From contig JAXGPA010000004.1 in the NCBI GenBank assembly GCA_040767195.1, forward strand, positions 160,001-224,000: a DNA stretch of 64,000 nucleotides. Reading direction: 5' to 3'. How positions within the stretch are numbered: position 1 is the first letter of the stretch; every line of letters begins with the position of its first letter. Source of the DNA: Syntrophales bacterium. Lineage in GTDB: Bacteria; Desulfobacterota; Syntrophia; Syntrophales; UBA6807. The notes beneath the pieces were generated by a model. The model did no database searches and was not told the DNA's origin. It saw nothing but the letters and a program-made list of their open reading frames with translations. Positions 39,380-49,689 of this stretch are shown piece by piece. The position numbers and the translations under genes are program-made.

Positions 39380-40933
39380 ATGGGATTAACAGCAGACAGG
39401 ATTCAGGCTTTCGAAGAGAGAAGAGACCGTCTCACCACCATGGGCGGGGAAAAGATGATCGAAAAGCAGCACGCCCTGGGAAAACTCACCGCCCGGGAAA
39501 GACTGGATCGCTTCTTCGATCCGGGAACCTTTCAGGAAATCCAGCTTTTCGTCAAGACCCGGTCGACCCTTTTCGGTCTCGGTGACAAGGAAATCAAGGC
39601 CGACGGCGTCATCACCGGCTTCGGAAAGGTCAACGGGCGGACCGTGTACGCCGCCGCCCAGGACTTCACCAGCGCGGGCGGGAGCCTCGGTGAAATGCAC
39701 GCCAAGAAGATCTGGAAGGTCATGGACATGGCCATCGATACCCGGAAGCCCTTCGTCGCCCTGAACGATTCCGGCGGGGCCCGGATCCAGGAAGGCGTGC
39801 CGTCCCTGGACGGTTACGGCGGCATCTTCTACCGGAACACCATCGCTTCGGGATACATCCCCCAGATCACGGCCATCATGGGACCCACGGCGGGAGGGGC
39901 CGTCTACTCCCCCGCTCTCACCGACTGGGTCTTCATGGTCAAGAAAAGCAGCTACATGTACATCACCGGTCCCGACGTCATCAAGGCGGTCATCGGGGAG
40001 GAAGTGACCCATGACGAGCTGGGGGGCGCCGTCGCTCATGCCTCGAAAAGCGGTGTCTGCCACTTCGCCACGGAAAACGACGAAGACTGCATCGACAAGA
40101 TCAAAACCCTCCTTTCCTATCTGCCCGACAGCTGCCACAGCCCCCTTCCCGTGGCGGAATGCACGGACACCGCCGATCGCGAGTGTCCCGAGCTGGACAC
40201 CATCATCCCCGACAAGGCCACCCGGGGATATGAAATGCGGAATGTCGTCAAGGCCGTGGCCGACAACAACGAAATCTTCGAGCCCCACGAGCTGTGGGCC
40301 AAGAGCATGCTCGTCGCCTTCATCCGGATCATGGGGAGACCCGTGGGCGTCATCGCCAACAATCCCCGGAACAGCGCCGGCGTTCTCGACGTGGACGCCT
40401 CCGACAAGGCTTCCCGGTTCATCCGGTTCTGCGACGCCTTCAACATCCCCCTTCTGACCTTCGCCGACGTTCCCGGATACATGCCCGGAACGGAACAGGA
40501 ATGGTCGGGCATTATCAGCCACGGCGCCAAGCTTCTCCACGCGTACTCGGAAGCCACGGTTCCCAAGATCACCGTCGTGACCCGCAAGGACTACGGCGGA
40601 GCCTACATCGGCATGTGCAGCAAATACCTGGGCGCCGATTACGTCATGGCCTGGCCTTCCGCGGAAATCGCCGTCATGGGCGCCGAAGGGGCCTGCAACA
40701 TCATCTACCGGAAGGAAATCACCTCGGCCGATGATCCCGCGGCGAAGCGGAAGGAACTCGTCGCCGCCTACGAGGAGCAGTTCAACAACCCCTATTTCGC
40801 GGCCAGCATGGGCATCATCGAGGAAGTCATCGCCCCCCGGGACACCCGGAAGCGGGTGGCCCTCGTTCTCGACGCCCTGGCGGACAAGAAGAAGGACATG
40901 CTCCCCAAGAAGCACAACAACATCCCCCTGTAA
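39380..40933 (+). CDS. Acyl-CoA carboxyltransferase (propionyl-CoA carboxylase beta / methylmalonyl-CoA decarboxylase alpha / transcarboxylase 12S family)
   Basis: GKLTARER, DSGGARIQEG, GGAVYSPALTD, DVPGY.PG, KKHNNIPL. Confidence 0.92.
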   Translation: MGLTADRIQAFEERRDRLTTMGGEKMIEKQHALGKLTARERLDRFFDPGTFQEIQLFVKTRSTLFGLGDKEIKADGVITGFGKVNGRTVYAAAQDFTSAGGSLGEMHAKKIWKVMDMAIDTRKPFVALNDSGGARIQEGVPSLDGYGGIFYRNTIASGYIPQITAIMGPTAGGAVYSPALTDWVFMVKKSSYMYITGPDVIKAVIGEEVTHDELGGAVAHASKSGVCHFATENDEDCIDKIKTLLSYLPDSCHSPLPVAECTDTADRECPELDTIIPDKATRGYEMRNVVKAVADNNEIFEPHELWAKSMLVAFIRIMGRPVGVIANNPRNSAGVLDVDASDKASRFIRFCDAFNIPLLTFADVPGYMPGTEQEWSGIISHGAKLLHAYSEATVPKITVVTRKDYGGAYIGMCSKYLGADYVMAWPSAEIAVMGAEGACNIIYRKEITSADDPAAKRKELVAAYEEQFNNPYFAASMGIIEEVIAPRDTRKRVALVLDALADKKKDMLPKKHNNIPL

Positions 40934-40960
40934 CAGAATCGGGGCAAGAAGGGACAAATC

Positions 40961-40994
40961 AAAAAAGGCGGGCCCGAAAGGCCCGCCTTTTTTT
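40961..40994. terminator. Bidirectional Rho-independent terminator
   Basis: AAAAAAGGCGGGCC-cgaaa-GGCCCGCCTTTTTTT between convergent genes. Confidence 0.9.
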
Positions 40995-41038
40995 GTTGCC
41001 CGCCCGGGGCCGGGCCGCTGCCCTTTCCCGGGAAACGG

Positions 41039-42496
41039 TCACCGATCCCGTTTCTCCCCCTGGATTTCGGAAAGGGCCCTGTCTAGGCGGAGAAGAACCG
41101 TATCCTGGGACAGGAGGCCGTAAACCCGCTCCAGTTCCGGCCCGGAGAGGCTTCCCGTCAGGGCGGCCCGAAGGGGTCGGAACAGGGACTTACCCCGTTT
41201 TCCCGTCTTCCTGGAAACAATGCCAATCCATTCTCCGTAAGTGATTTTCCCCTCATGGGCCGTGGCATCCCTGAAAGCCCGCAGAACGTCCCGGCTTTCT
41301 TCCCTTGTCAGAACCTCCCGGGCCTCCTCGTCGGGGAAAACGGGGTAGGACAGGAATACGGGAAGAAACGTCTCCACATCGGACAGGGTCCGGAGGTTGA
41401 ACCGGAGGGTGTCGAGAATCTCCATGAGTCTTTCCCGCCCCAGGGTCGCCGGTTCGACACCGGCCTTTTCAAGAAAGGGAAGGGCGGCTTCGTAAAGCCT
41501 TGCCGGGTCGGCATCCCGGAGGTAGACACCGTTTACCCAGTTCAGTTTCTCCTCGTCGAAAACGGCCCCGCTCTTTCCCGACCGGTCCAGGGAAAACCGG
41601 GAAACCATCTCCTCCCGGGAACAGATTTCCTGCCCCCCCTCGAAGGAGCTTCCCAGAAGGGCGAGATAGTTCACCAGGGCCTCGGGAAGATATCCCCGGT
41701 CCCGAAACTCGCGGACGGACACGGACCCGTGGCGTTTACCCAGCTTGGACCGGTCTTCGCCGAGGATGAGGGAATGGTGGGCGAACCGGGGCGGCGCCCA
41801 TCGGAAACTGCCGTAGATCATTACCTGGAGGGCCGTGTTGGAAAGATGGTCTTCCCCCCGGATGACGTGGCTGATGTTCATGAGGTGGTCGTCGACAACG
41901 GCGGCGAAGTTGTAGGCGGGGATCCCGTTGGACCGGACGATGATGAAATCGCCCATGGCCCGGCCGTCGAAACGGACGGGACCGCGGATGAGATCACTGA
42001 ATTCGATGATTCTCTCATCAACCCGGAAACGCCAGGCGGCCTTTCGCCCTTCTTTTTCCCTGTCGCGCCGTTCACTTGCCGACAGTCCCCGGCAGCGGCC
42101 CAGGTAACGGGGCATCTGCTTTCTCTGGACCAGGGCCGCCCGCTCCGCCTCCAGCTCGTCGTCGGTACAGTAGCACGGATAGGCCCGCCCTTCCCGGACC
42201 AGCCTGTCGAGATAGGGCCCGTAAATCGCCATGCGTTCCGACTGCCGGTAAGGTCCCGACGGGCCGCCCTCCCCGGGCCCTTCATCCCAGTCCAGGGAAA
42301 GCCACTTCAGGGACTGGAGGATCTCTTCCTCGAAGGCGGCGCTCGTCCGCTCCCGGTCCGTGTCCTCGATTCGTAGAACGAAACACCCCCCGTAACGGCG
42401 GGCGAAAAGCCAGTTGAAGAGGGCCGTCCGGGCATTTCCCACGTGGAGATATCCCGTCGGGGAAGGGGCGAAACGGACACGGGGACGCTCGTCCAC
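41039..42496 (-). CDS. gltX: Glutamyl-tRNA synthetase
   Basis: RFAPSPTGYLHVG, LRIEDTD, RGEDH..NT, KLGKR. Confidence 0.96.
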   Translation of the reverse strand: MDERPRVRFAPSPTGYLHVGNARTALFNWLFARRYGGCFVLRIEDTDRERTSAAFEEEILQSLKWLSLDWDEGPGEGGPSGPYRQSERMAIYGPYLDRLVREGRAYPCYCTDDELEAERAALVQRKQMPRYLGRCRGLSASERRDREKEGRKAAWRFRVDERIIEFSDLIRGPVRFDGRAMGDFIIVRSNGIPAYNFAAVVDDHLMNISHVIRGEDHLSNTALQVMIYGSFRWAPPRFAHHSLILGEDRSKLGKRHGSVSVREFRDRGYLPEALVNYLALLGSSFEGGQEICSREEMVSRFSLDRSGKSGAVFDEEKLNWVNGVYLRDADPARLYEAALPFLEKAGVEPATLGRERLMEILDTLRFNLRTLSDVETFLPVFLSYPVFPDEEAREVLTREESRDVLRAFRDATAHEGKITYGEWIGIVSRKTGKRGKSLFRPLRAALTGSLSGPELERVYGLLSQDTVLLRLDRALSEIQGEKRDR

Positions 42497-42499
42497 GGC

Positions 42500-42985
42500 T
42501 CAGCCTCCTCCCTCTTTGATGAGGACCACGGCCATGGCGGCCACCCCTTCCCCCCGTCCCACGAATCCCATCCCCTCGTTGGTGGTGGCCTTGACGTTCA
42601 CCCGATCCGGCGGAATACGGCACGCACCGGCAATGTTTTTAACCATTCCCGGCAGATAGGCTTTGAGTTTCGGTTTTTCCTGGATGATCGTGGCGTCCAC
42701 GTTCAGGATCCCAAATCCACGGGCTTCGACCATCTCGCAGACACGGCGGAGCAGGATGAGGCTCGATATGCCCTTAAAAGCGGCGTCCGTGTCGGGGAAG
42801 TGGCGCCCGATGTCCCCTTCGCCGAGAGCGCCCAGGAGGGCGTCACAGATAGCGTGGAGAAGAACATCGGCGTCGGAATGTCCCAGGAGACCCCGTTCGA
42901 AAGGGATCTCGACCCCCCCGAGGATCAGCGGCCGACCCGCCGCGAGGCGGTGACTATCGTATCCCGTTCCTGCCCGGATCACCAT
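42500..42985 (-). CDS. ispF: 2-C-methyl-D-erythritol 2,4-cyclodiphosphate synthase
   Basis: [29 protein letters not shown]. Confidence 0.96.
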   Translation of the reverse strand: MVIRAGTGYDSHRLAAGRPLILGGVEIPFERGLLGHSDADVLLHAICDALLGALGEGDIGRHFPDTDAAFKGISSLILLRRVCEMVEARGFGILNVDATIIQEKPKLKAYLPGMVKNIAGACRIPPDRVNVKATTNEGMGFVGRGEGVAAMAVVLIKEGGG

Positions 42986-43731
42986 ATCTCCCCCCATCGT
43001 TTCAAAATGTATTCCCCCAGGAGAAGGTCCTCCCGGGTCGTTATTTTCATATTCTCCCAGGCCCCCGGGACGATCCGGACGGGGTGGCCCGTCCTTTCCA
43101 CGAGGGAAGATTCATCGGTCCCGTGAAAGCCGTCGCCTTCGGCCTTCCGGAAAGCGTTAAGCAGGACCTCCCGTCGGAACCCCTGGGGTGTCTGAACGGC
43201 CCATATCCGGCTTCTGTCGAGGGTTTCCCGGACCCGTCCCTGCCCGTCAACGGCCTTGACCGTGTCCCGGAGGGGAATGCCGGGGCAGGCGGCACCGGTC
43301 TCCCTGGCCGCCTCGATGACCGCCTCGATAAGAGACAGGGGAACAAAAGGGCGGGCGCCGTCGTGAACGAGAACGATCTCGTCGGATCCTTCCGTCACGG
43401 ACAGGCCGTTTCTCACCGAGTCCTGCCTTTGCGCCCCCCCGGGAACGACGGACGAGACCTTGCCCAGCCTGAATTTTTTCACGATTTCCTCCGTCACGGA
43501 GGGAATGTCTTTCTCCGGAACGACGAGCACGATTTTCCCGACACGGGGGCAGTTTTCGAACCGCCGAAGGGCGTGGACCAGGAGGGGCGCATCCCCGAGC
43601 TGGAGATACTGTTTCGCTCGGTCGCCTCCCATGCGCGACCCCGACCCGCCGGCGGCGATAATGACGGCCGCGTCTCCCGTCTTCGCTCCGCCCGTCTTTG
43701 CTTCGGCACCGTGAAACGCTTTCTGAGACAC
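42979..43731 (-). CDS. ispD: 2-C-methyl-D-erythritol 4-phosphate cytidylyltransferase
   Basis: AAGG.GSRM...KQY, GG..RQDSV, HDGARP, QTPQ, N.KIT. Confidence 0.95.
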   Translation of the reverse strand: MSQKAFHGAEAKTGGAKTGDAAVIIAAGGSGSRMGGDRAKQYLQLGDAPLLVHALRRFENCPRVGKIVLVVPEKDIPSVTEEIVKKFRLGKVSSVVPGGAQRQDSVRNGLSVTEGSDEIVLVHDGARPFVPLSLIEAVIEAARETGAACPGIPLRDTVKAVDGQGRVRETLDRSRIWAVQTPQGFRREVLLNAFRKAEGDGFHGTDESSLVERTGHPVRIVPGAWENMKITTREDLLLGEYILKRWGEIW

Positions 43732-43996
43732 GTAAAACTCCCTTCAGTATTCGCCCGAGGCCGCCCGTAAAGACAAAACCGGGCAAAAACCGCACGACGA
43801 CACCATTCGAACGGCTTTATCAAAACGTTCCGGGCCGGGCGCCCGAATCCCCGGAAACGAGGCGTCCTTGCCGGCGGGTTGCAACGATTGGGGACAAGGG
43901 CTGCGAAATCCCCGGGGCCCGTGCCGGGCCCCCATCAAAAAAAAGGTCCGAAACGGAAACCTCTCCCTTCCGGACCGTCTGAACGTCCTTTTACTG

Positions 43997-45013
43997 TTAC
44001 TCGTCCCCGTGGACAACGCCTTTCAGGCCGGAAAAGATCATCCTTCCCGCGGCGGTCTGAAGAACGCTCGTCACTGTCGTTTCCACCGTTTTACCAATGT
44101 ACTGGCTTCCATTGTCCACGACGACCATGGTCCCGTCGTCGAGATAGGCGACCCCTTGCGCAGGCTCTTTCCCTTCCTTGATGATTTTTACGGTGATCGC
44201 TTCACCCGGAAGCACAACAGGCTTCAGGGCGTTCGCCAGCTCGTTCACGTTCAGGATCCGGATCCCCTGGATTTCGGCGACCTTGTTCAGATTGTAATCA
44301 TTGGTGATGATCTTGCCGTTCCTTTTTTTCGCCAGGGCGACCAGTTTCGCGTCCACTCCCTTCAGCTTGGGAAAATCCTGGTCCGTGATGTCGATCCTTA
44401 TCCCCGCGCTCTTCTGCATCCGGTTCAGGACATCAAGCCCCCGACGCCCCCGGGAACGCTTCAGGGAATCGGACGAATCGGCGATCTGCTGCAATTCGTC
44501 CAGGACAAACCGCGGAACGATGAGCGAACCGTCCAGAAATCCCGTGTCACAGATGTCGGCGATGCGGCCGTCGATAATAACGCTCGTGTCCATGATCCTG
44601 TAATCGGTGGACTGCCTGAGGGCCGTCTTGGAAGAGGTTCCGGGAAACTCGAACTCTTCCGCCTTTTTTGATCCGAGAACCAGCCCGAGATAGCCGAGTA
44701 TGATGGTAAGTAGGACGTAAATATAAACAAGGGGGATGACTTCCTGTCTCTCGATGGCTGGGATGAATCGAAGGCCGTAGGCAAAGAGAAAAGCGATGAG
44801 GAGACCGACCAGCGTCCCGACGACGCCTCCGAAGATGACGCGCAGGGACAGCTTACGGATCGCCTGTTCCATTTGGATCACGAACAGGGCCACCAGGATT
44901 CCGGCGACAACGCCGATCAAGGAAAGCGGGAAACCATGGAATTTCAAAACGATGAAGTAACCGCTCGCCGCACAGGAACAAATCAGCAAGAATCTGATGA
45001 GCAGTTGAAACAT
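43997..45013 (-). CDS. Membrane PIN/TRAM-domain protein (YacL family)
   Basis: N-terminal TM helices; DTSVIIDGRI, RGRRGLD, TND.NL.KVA, GKE..QGVAYLDDGTMVVV. Confidence 0.92.
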   Translation of the reverse strand: MFQLLIRFLLICSCAASGYFIVLKFHGFPLSLIGVVAGILVALFVIQMEQAIRKLSLRVIFGGVVGTLVGLLIAFLFAYGLRFIPAIERQEVIPLVYIYVLLTIILGYLGLVLGSKKAEEFEFPGTSSKTALRQSTDYRIMDTSVIIDGRIADICDTGFLDGSLIVPRFVLDELQQIADSSDSLKRSRGRRGLDVLNRMQKSAGIRIDITDQDFPKLKGVDAKLVALAKKRNGKIITNDYNLNKVAEIQGIRILNVNELANALKPVVLPGEAITVKIIKEGKEPAQGVAYLDDGTMVVVDNGSQYIGKTVETTVTSVLQTAAGRMIFSGLKGVVHGDE

Positions 45014-45225
45014 GATTCCTCCTTTCACAAAATGAAAAACGTCTCGATTGTCAAAGAACACATGTATGCGAATGCGGTGTTCCTTTTCCCCTCGGGAACC
45101 TTATGGGTGGACACCCCTCGGAACCTCGCGTCGCGAAGGGTGAACCGGGTCCTTCGAAGGCGGGAAAAAGGATGACCCGCCGTCTTGGAAACAAAACGAA
45201 AATGGCCCGATCGGAAGAACGGGTG

Positions 45226-45708
45226 CTATATGGTAATGATCGCGTTCAAGTCGTCTTCGATTTTCGTCTCTTCCGTGTCGCTGGCTATGGAAAGTTCCTT
45301 GATCAGGAGGCTTTTTGCCGTGTCCATCATCTTTCTCTCGCCGAAAGAAAGATCCTTGTCCAGTTTCAGGCGCAGAAGGTCCCTGAGGACCCGGGCGATT
45401 TCATAAACCGATCCTGTTTTGATCTTTTCCCAGTATTCCTTGTACCTCTTGTTCCAGGTTTGCCTGTCCACGGTGACATTGCGCTCGCTGAGTATTTCAT
45501 AAACCTTCGGAATCTCTTCCTTCGTGATGAGCGTGCGCAGACCGACCGATCGAGCACCGTTCCTGGGAATCATGATCTTCATGTTGTTCCCAAGGATTTT
45601 CATGACATAGAATGACTGCTTGCATCCCATGATCTCTCGATTCTCGATGGATTCGATGACCCCCACGCCGTGGGCGGGATACACAGCCATGTCCCCGACT
45701 TTAAACAT
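45226..45708 (-). CDS. carD: CarD-family transcription factor
   Basis: FKVGD..VYPAHGVG, W..RY, LSFGERKM. Confidence 0.93.
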   Translation of the reverse strand: MFKVGDMAVYPAHGVGVIESIENREIMGCKQSFYVMKILGNNMKIMIPRNGARSVGLRTLITKEEIPKVYEILSERNVTVDRQTWNKRYKEYWEKIKTGSVYEIARVLRDLLRLKLDKDLSFGERKMMDTAKSLLIKELSIASDTEETKIEDDLNAIITI

Positions 45709-45887
45709 TTCCTCGGATACACCTCACCCCTGTTGATCTTCCACAAAGGAGAATTTCTTTTACTACAAAACCACTTAAAAGTCAATTAAATACCTGAAAT
45801 TAGAAATTTGTCTTGACTTTACCGAAATGGATACGCTAAAGAGCAAAAACCCTGCAAAAAGACGTTCTCAAGCGGAAAGGAGTCAAA

Positions 45888-47972
45888 ATGGCAACGGTTG
45901 AATCGGCATCCATCAGAAATATCGCTGTCGTCGGGCATGGCGGAACCGGCAAGACCTCCCTTTGCGAATCCTTTCTCTTTGTCAGCGGAAAAACGGAACG
46001 TTTCGGTAAAGTCGACGACGGAAGCTCCCTTTTCGATTTCGAACCGGAAGAGCAGAAAAGACACATCTCCATCAGTGCGGCCTCCAATTTCATCGACTGG
46101 GACAAGTGCAAGATCAACATCATCGACACACCCGGGGACGCCAACTTTTTCATGGAGACCATGAACGCCCTCCGGGTGGCCGACGGGGCCGTCGTCCTCA
46201 TCGACGCCGTGGGAGGCGTGGAGTTTCAGACGGAAAAGGTCTGGGAACTGCTGAAAGAAAGATCCAGGCCCTCTCTTTTTTTCGTCAACAGGATGGACCG
46301 TGAAAGGGCGGATTTTTTCACGGCCGTCGACAGCATCCGCAGCAAGCTTCAGACAAAGCCCACGATCTGCTTCCTCCCCATCGGAAAAGAGGAAGCCTTC
46401 AAGGGGCTCATCGACCTGATCAACATGAAAGCCCTTTACTTCGAGGACCCCCGGGGAAAGGTCAAAAAGACGGACATTCCCGCGGAACTTCTCGAGGAAG
46501 CCCAGTCATACCGGGATACCATGGTGGAGGACATCGCCGAGTGCGATGAGGCTCTCATGGAAAAATACCTGGAAGAAGGAGAGCTGAACGTCGAAGACTT
46601 GCACAAGGGCCTGCGCCAGGCCGTTCTTGCGGGCAGCATCGTTCCGGTCACCGCCGGCACCGCCACGAAATCCATCGGTGTCGGAACCCTTCTCGACATG
46701 ATCGTTCATTACCTTCCCTCCCCCATCGACCGCGGCGCCGTCTCGGGAAAGAACCCCGTCACCGGCGACGAGGCGACCCGGGAACCGGACGCGACCGCCC
46801 CCTTTTCCGCCCTCGTCTTCAAGACCATCGCCGACCCGTACGCCGGGAAGCTCACCCTTTTCAGGGTTTTCTCCGGAAAAGCCAGTCCCGATTCGACTTT
46901 CAGCAACACCACGCGCCGTGTCACCGAAAAATTCGGGAATATCTTCCATCTCGAGGGGAAACACCAGAAGCCGGCCGACGCCGTTGTCGCCGGCGACATC
47001 GCCGCCGTGGCCAAACTGAAGGAAGCCGTCACGGGGGACACCTTTTCCGATGAGAAAAACCCCGTCGTCTTCGACAAGCTGCCCGCGCTCCCGGCCCTCA
47101 TGTCCTTCGCCATCAGCCCCAAGGCGAAAGGGGACGAGGATAAGATCATCAGCTCCCTGAACCGGATTCTGGAAGAGGATCCCACCCTGATCCTGAAGCG
47201 GGACGACGAAACGAGAGAAATCATACTCTCCGGCATGGGGCAGGTGCACATTGAAGTCACCGTGGAAAAGCTGAAGCGGAAATTCGGCGTCGACGTGGAT
47301 CTCCGGACCCCCAAGGTCCCCTACAAGGAAACCATCAAGGGGAAAACGCGGGTCCAGGGGCGGTATAAGAAACAGTCCGGCGGCAGGGGACAGTTCGGCG
47401 ACACCTGGATCGAGATCGAACCGCTGCCGAGGGGCGAGGGGTTCGAATTTGTGGACAGGATCGTCGGGGGGGTCATCCCGAAACAGTACATCCCCGCCGT
47501 TGAAAAGGGCATCGTGGAAGCCATGCTGGACGGCGTCCTGGCGGGATATCCCACGGTGGACGTGCGAGTGTCCCTCGTGGACGGTTCGTTCCACGCCGTG
47601 GACTCCTCGGAAATGGCCTTCAAGATCGCCGGGTCCATGGGCTTCAAGAAGGGCATCGTCCAGTGTCAGCCCACCCTCCTGGAACCCATCGTCAATATCG
47701 AAATCGAAATCTCCGACGAATACCTGGGAGACGTCATTGGAAACCTGAACAGCCGGCGGGGCCGGGTCCTGGGAATGGAGAGCAAGGGGACGAACCAGGT
47801 CATCCGGGGCCAGGTGCCCCTGGCGGAGATTCTCACCTATGCCGCCGACCTGAGATCCATCACGAGCGGCCGGGGAACCTTCAGATACGAACACTCACAC
47901 TACGAGGAAGTGCCCGCCCCCATCGCGGAAAAGATAATCGCCCTGTCGAAGAAGGACAAGGAAGAGGAATAG
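45888..47972 (+). CDS. Elongation factor G paralog (EF-G2/EF-G-like)
   Basis: Full EF-G architecture (KKQSGGRGQFG, DSSEMAF, LLEP) but G-domain GHGGTGKT, RHISI, DTPGD, NRMD; not in an rpsL-rpsG-tuf context. Confidence 0.9.
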   Translation: MATVESASIRNIAVVGHGGTGKTSLCESFLFVSGKTERFGKVDDGSSLFDFEPEEQKRHISISAASNFIDWDKCKINIIDTPGDANFFMETMNALRVADGAVVLIDAVGGVEFQTEKVWELLKERSRPSLFFVNRMDRERADFFTAVDSIRSKLQTKPTICFLPIGKEEAFKGLIDLINMKALYFEDPRGKVKKTDIPAELLEEAQSYRDTMVEDIAECDEALMEKYLEEGELNVEDLHKGLRQAVLAGSIVPVTAGTATKSIGVGTLLDMIVHYLPSPIDRGAVSGKNPVTGDEATREPDATAPFSALVFKTIADPYAGKLTLFRVFSGKASPDSTFSNTTRRVTEKFGNIFHLEGKHQKPADAVVAGDIAAVAKLKEAVTGDTFSDEKNPVVFDKLPALPALMSFAISPKAKGDEDKIISSLNRILEEDPTLILKRDDETREIILSGMGQVHIEVTVEKLKRKFGVDVDLRTPKVPYKETIKGKTRVQGRYKKQSGGRGQFGDTWIEIEPLPRGEGFEFVDRIVGGVIPKQYIPAVEKGIVEAMLDGVLAGYPTVDVRVSLVDGSFHAVDSSEMAFKIAGSMGFKKGIVQCQPTLLEPIVNIEIEISDEYLGDVIGNLNSRRGRVLGMESKGTNQVIRGQVPLAEILTYAADLRSITSGRGTFRYEHSHYEEVPAPIAEKIIALSKKDKEEE

Positions 47973-47977
47973 GAACC

Positions 47978-48469
47978 TTGTTCCCAGCGGGAATCATCAC
48001 CGTCAGCGACAAGGGATCCCGGGGAGAACGGGAAGACAGAAGCGGCCCGGAAATAAGGAAAATTCTCTCTGAACTTCCGTTTTTCCAGGTGGTAGCCCAG
48101 GACACCGTCCCCGACGAAGTGGCGTCGATCAGTCATAAAATCACCGAATACACGGATACGAAGAAGATCGCTCTCGTCATCACCACGGGAGGTACGGGGG
48201 TCAGCCCCCGGGATGTGACGCCGGAGGCGACGCTGTCGGTCCTTCACCGGGAAATCCCGGGCATGGCGGAAGCCATGCGCCGTGAAAGCGCCGGAAAAAC
48301 ACCTCATGCCATGATATCACGGGCCGTCGTGGGAACCCGTGGTGAATCGCTCATCATCAATCTTCCCGGAAGCCCCCGGGCCGCCCGGGAAAACCTCGAG
48401 GTTCTTCTCCCCGCCCTGTTGCACACCTTGAAAAAGATTCAGGGCGACCCCACGGACTGCGCCCCGTAA
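47978..48469 (+). CDS. mogA: Molybdopterin adenylyltransferase (MogA/MoaB family)
   Basis: TTG start; ITVSDKG..GEREDRSG, TTGGTG..PRDVTPEAT, INLPGSP. Confidence 0.88.
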   Translation: MFPAGIITVSDKGSRGEREDRSGPEIRKILSELPFFQVVAQDTVPDEVASISHKITEYTDTKKIALVITTGGTGVSPRDVTPEATLSVLHREIPGMAEAMRRESAGKTPHAMISRAVVGTRGESLIINLPGSPRAARENLEVLLPALLHTLKKIQGDPTDCAP

Positions 48470-48578
48470 ACGAGGGAGGTCCGGTTAGCTTTTCCACCTC
48501 GAAGCGTCTTTACGACGGAAGCCCCCTCCCGGAACAGACGGAAGAAAAACGCCCCCGGGTGGCCCGAAGACCCGCAAG

Positions 48579-49478
48579 ATGACGGAACCGGGAAAAAAGA
48601 GACTGGGGTTGTTGCAGATTCATCTCGCCGTGTTCCTCTTCGGCTTCGCCGGTATCTTCGGCAAGATCGTCTCCCTTGATCCCGTGGCCATCATTTTTGG
48701 CAGAACGTTCTTCGCGGGGATCTTTCTCTTCGCCGTCCTTTCTCTCACGGGAACGATCCGATCCGTCCGTTCGTTCAGCGATTTGCGGGCCCTTCTTTTT
48801 TCCGGGGTTGTCCTGGCCGTTCACTGGTTTTCCTTCTTTCAGTCCATCCAGGTGTCGTCCGTCACTGTCGGCCTTCTGACGTTTTCTACTTTCCCTGTCT
48901 TCATCACCTTCCTGGAACCCGTTTTATTCGGCGAAAAACTCGATTGGTTTGATGTGCTGACGGCCTTCCTGGTGGTTGCCGGGCTCCTCTGCGTCTTTCC
49001 CGCCTATGATTTTTCCAACCAGGTGACCCAGGGGGCGTTGTGGGGGATTCTCTCCGGTTTTACTTTTGCCGTCCTCTCACTGTGCAACCGCATGCACGCG
49101 AAAAGGCTCCCGCCTCTTTTGGTTTCATTTTACCAGCTTTCCGTCGCCGCCCTCATCACCCTGCCGCTGGTCGTCATCTCCGGGGCACAGCCTTCCAAAA
49201 CGGACATCTTTTTGATGATGATCCTCGGCATCGTCTTTACAGCCATTGCGCAGACACTCTTTATCGGCAGCCTGAGACATATCAGGGCCCATCTGGCCGG
49301 CGTGACGGTGGCCCTGGAACCCTTGTACGGCATAATCCTCGCTGTTATCATTCTCCACGAAATTCCGGCGTGGAAAACGGTGGTGGGGGGCCTGGTGATC
49401 CTGGGTGCCGTCACAGGGGCTTCTATCGGCCCATTTCGACCCCAAAAACACCTTTCTAAGGCCAAAAAAAGTCTTTAA
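48579..49478 (+). CDS. DMT/EamA family transporter
   Basis: About ten TM segments; HW..FF..IQ.S.V, LEP motifs; last 16 codons derive from the repeat. Confidence 0.85.
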   Translation: MTEPGKKRLGLLQIHLAVFLFGFAGIFGKIVSLDPVAIIFGRTFFAGIFLFAVLSLTGTIRSVRSFSDLRALLFSGVVLAVHWFSFFQSIQVSSVTVGLLTFSTFPVFITFLEPVLFGEKLDWFDVLTAFLVVAGLLCVFPAYDFSNQVTQGALWGILSGFTFAVLSLCNRMHAKRLPPLLVSFYQLSVAALITLPLVVISGAQPSKTDIFLMMILGIVFTAIAQTLFIGSLRHIRAHLAGVTVALEPLYGIILAVIILHEIPAWKTVVGGLVILGAVTGASIGPFRPQKHLSKAKKSL

Positions 49479-49689
49479 TTTCCAAATATATTATTATTTT
49501 TCAAGATGTTACCTTGGTCCGACCCCGAAACACCCCTTGCCCTGGTCCCACCCCGGACTCCCGGCTGGCCCCCCCCGGATCCGCTAAACGGCCCATTTCG
49601 ACCTCAAAAACAGCCTTCTAAGGCCAAAAAAGGGGCTTAATTTGACAATATGTGATTATTTTTCGGGATGTTGTCTTGGTCCGACCCCG
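49427..49689. repeat. Two ungapped 101-bp direct repeats (49427-49527, 49589-49689) with a 61-bp spacer holding two degenerate copies of the terminal 15-mer
   Basis: Manual alignment 85/101 identical; both end CTTGGTCCGACCCCG; variants at 49541-49555 and 49564-49577. Confidence 0.92.

Noticed and set aside
43732..43996. 265-bp gap between the PIN/TRAM gene and ispD (and 45014-45225) checked for tRNA or ncRNA
   Set aside because: No cloverleaf or recognisable RNA family seen
49427..49689. Repeat considered as a CRISPR array or integron attC sites
   Set aside because: Only two 101-bp units, no cas genes, no RYYYAAC/GTTRRRY boundaries; kept as a repeat finding instead
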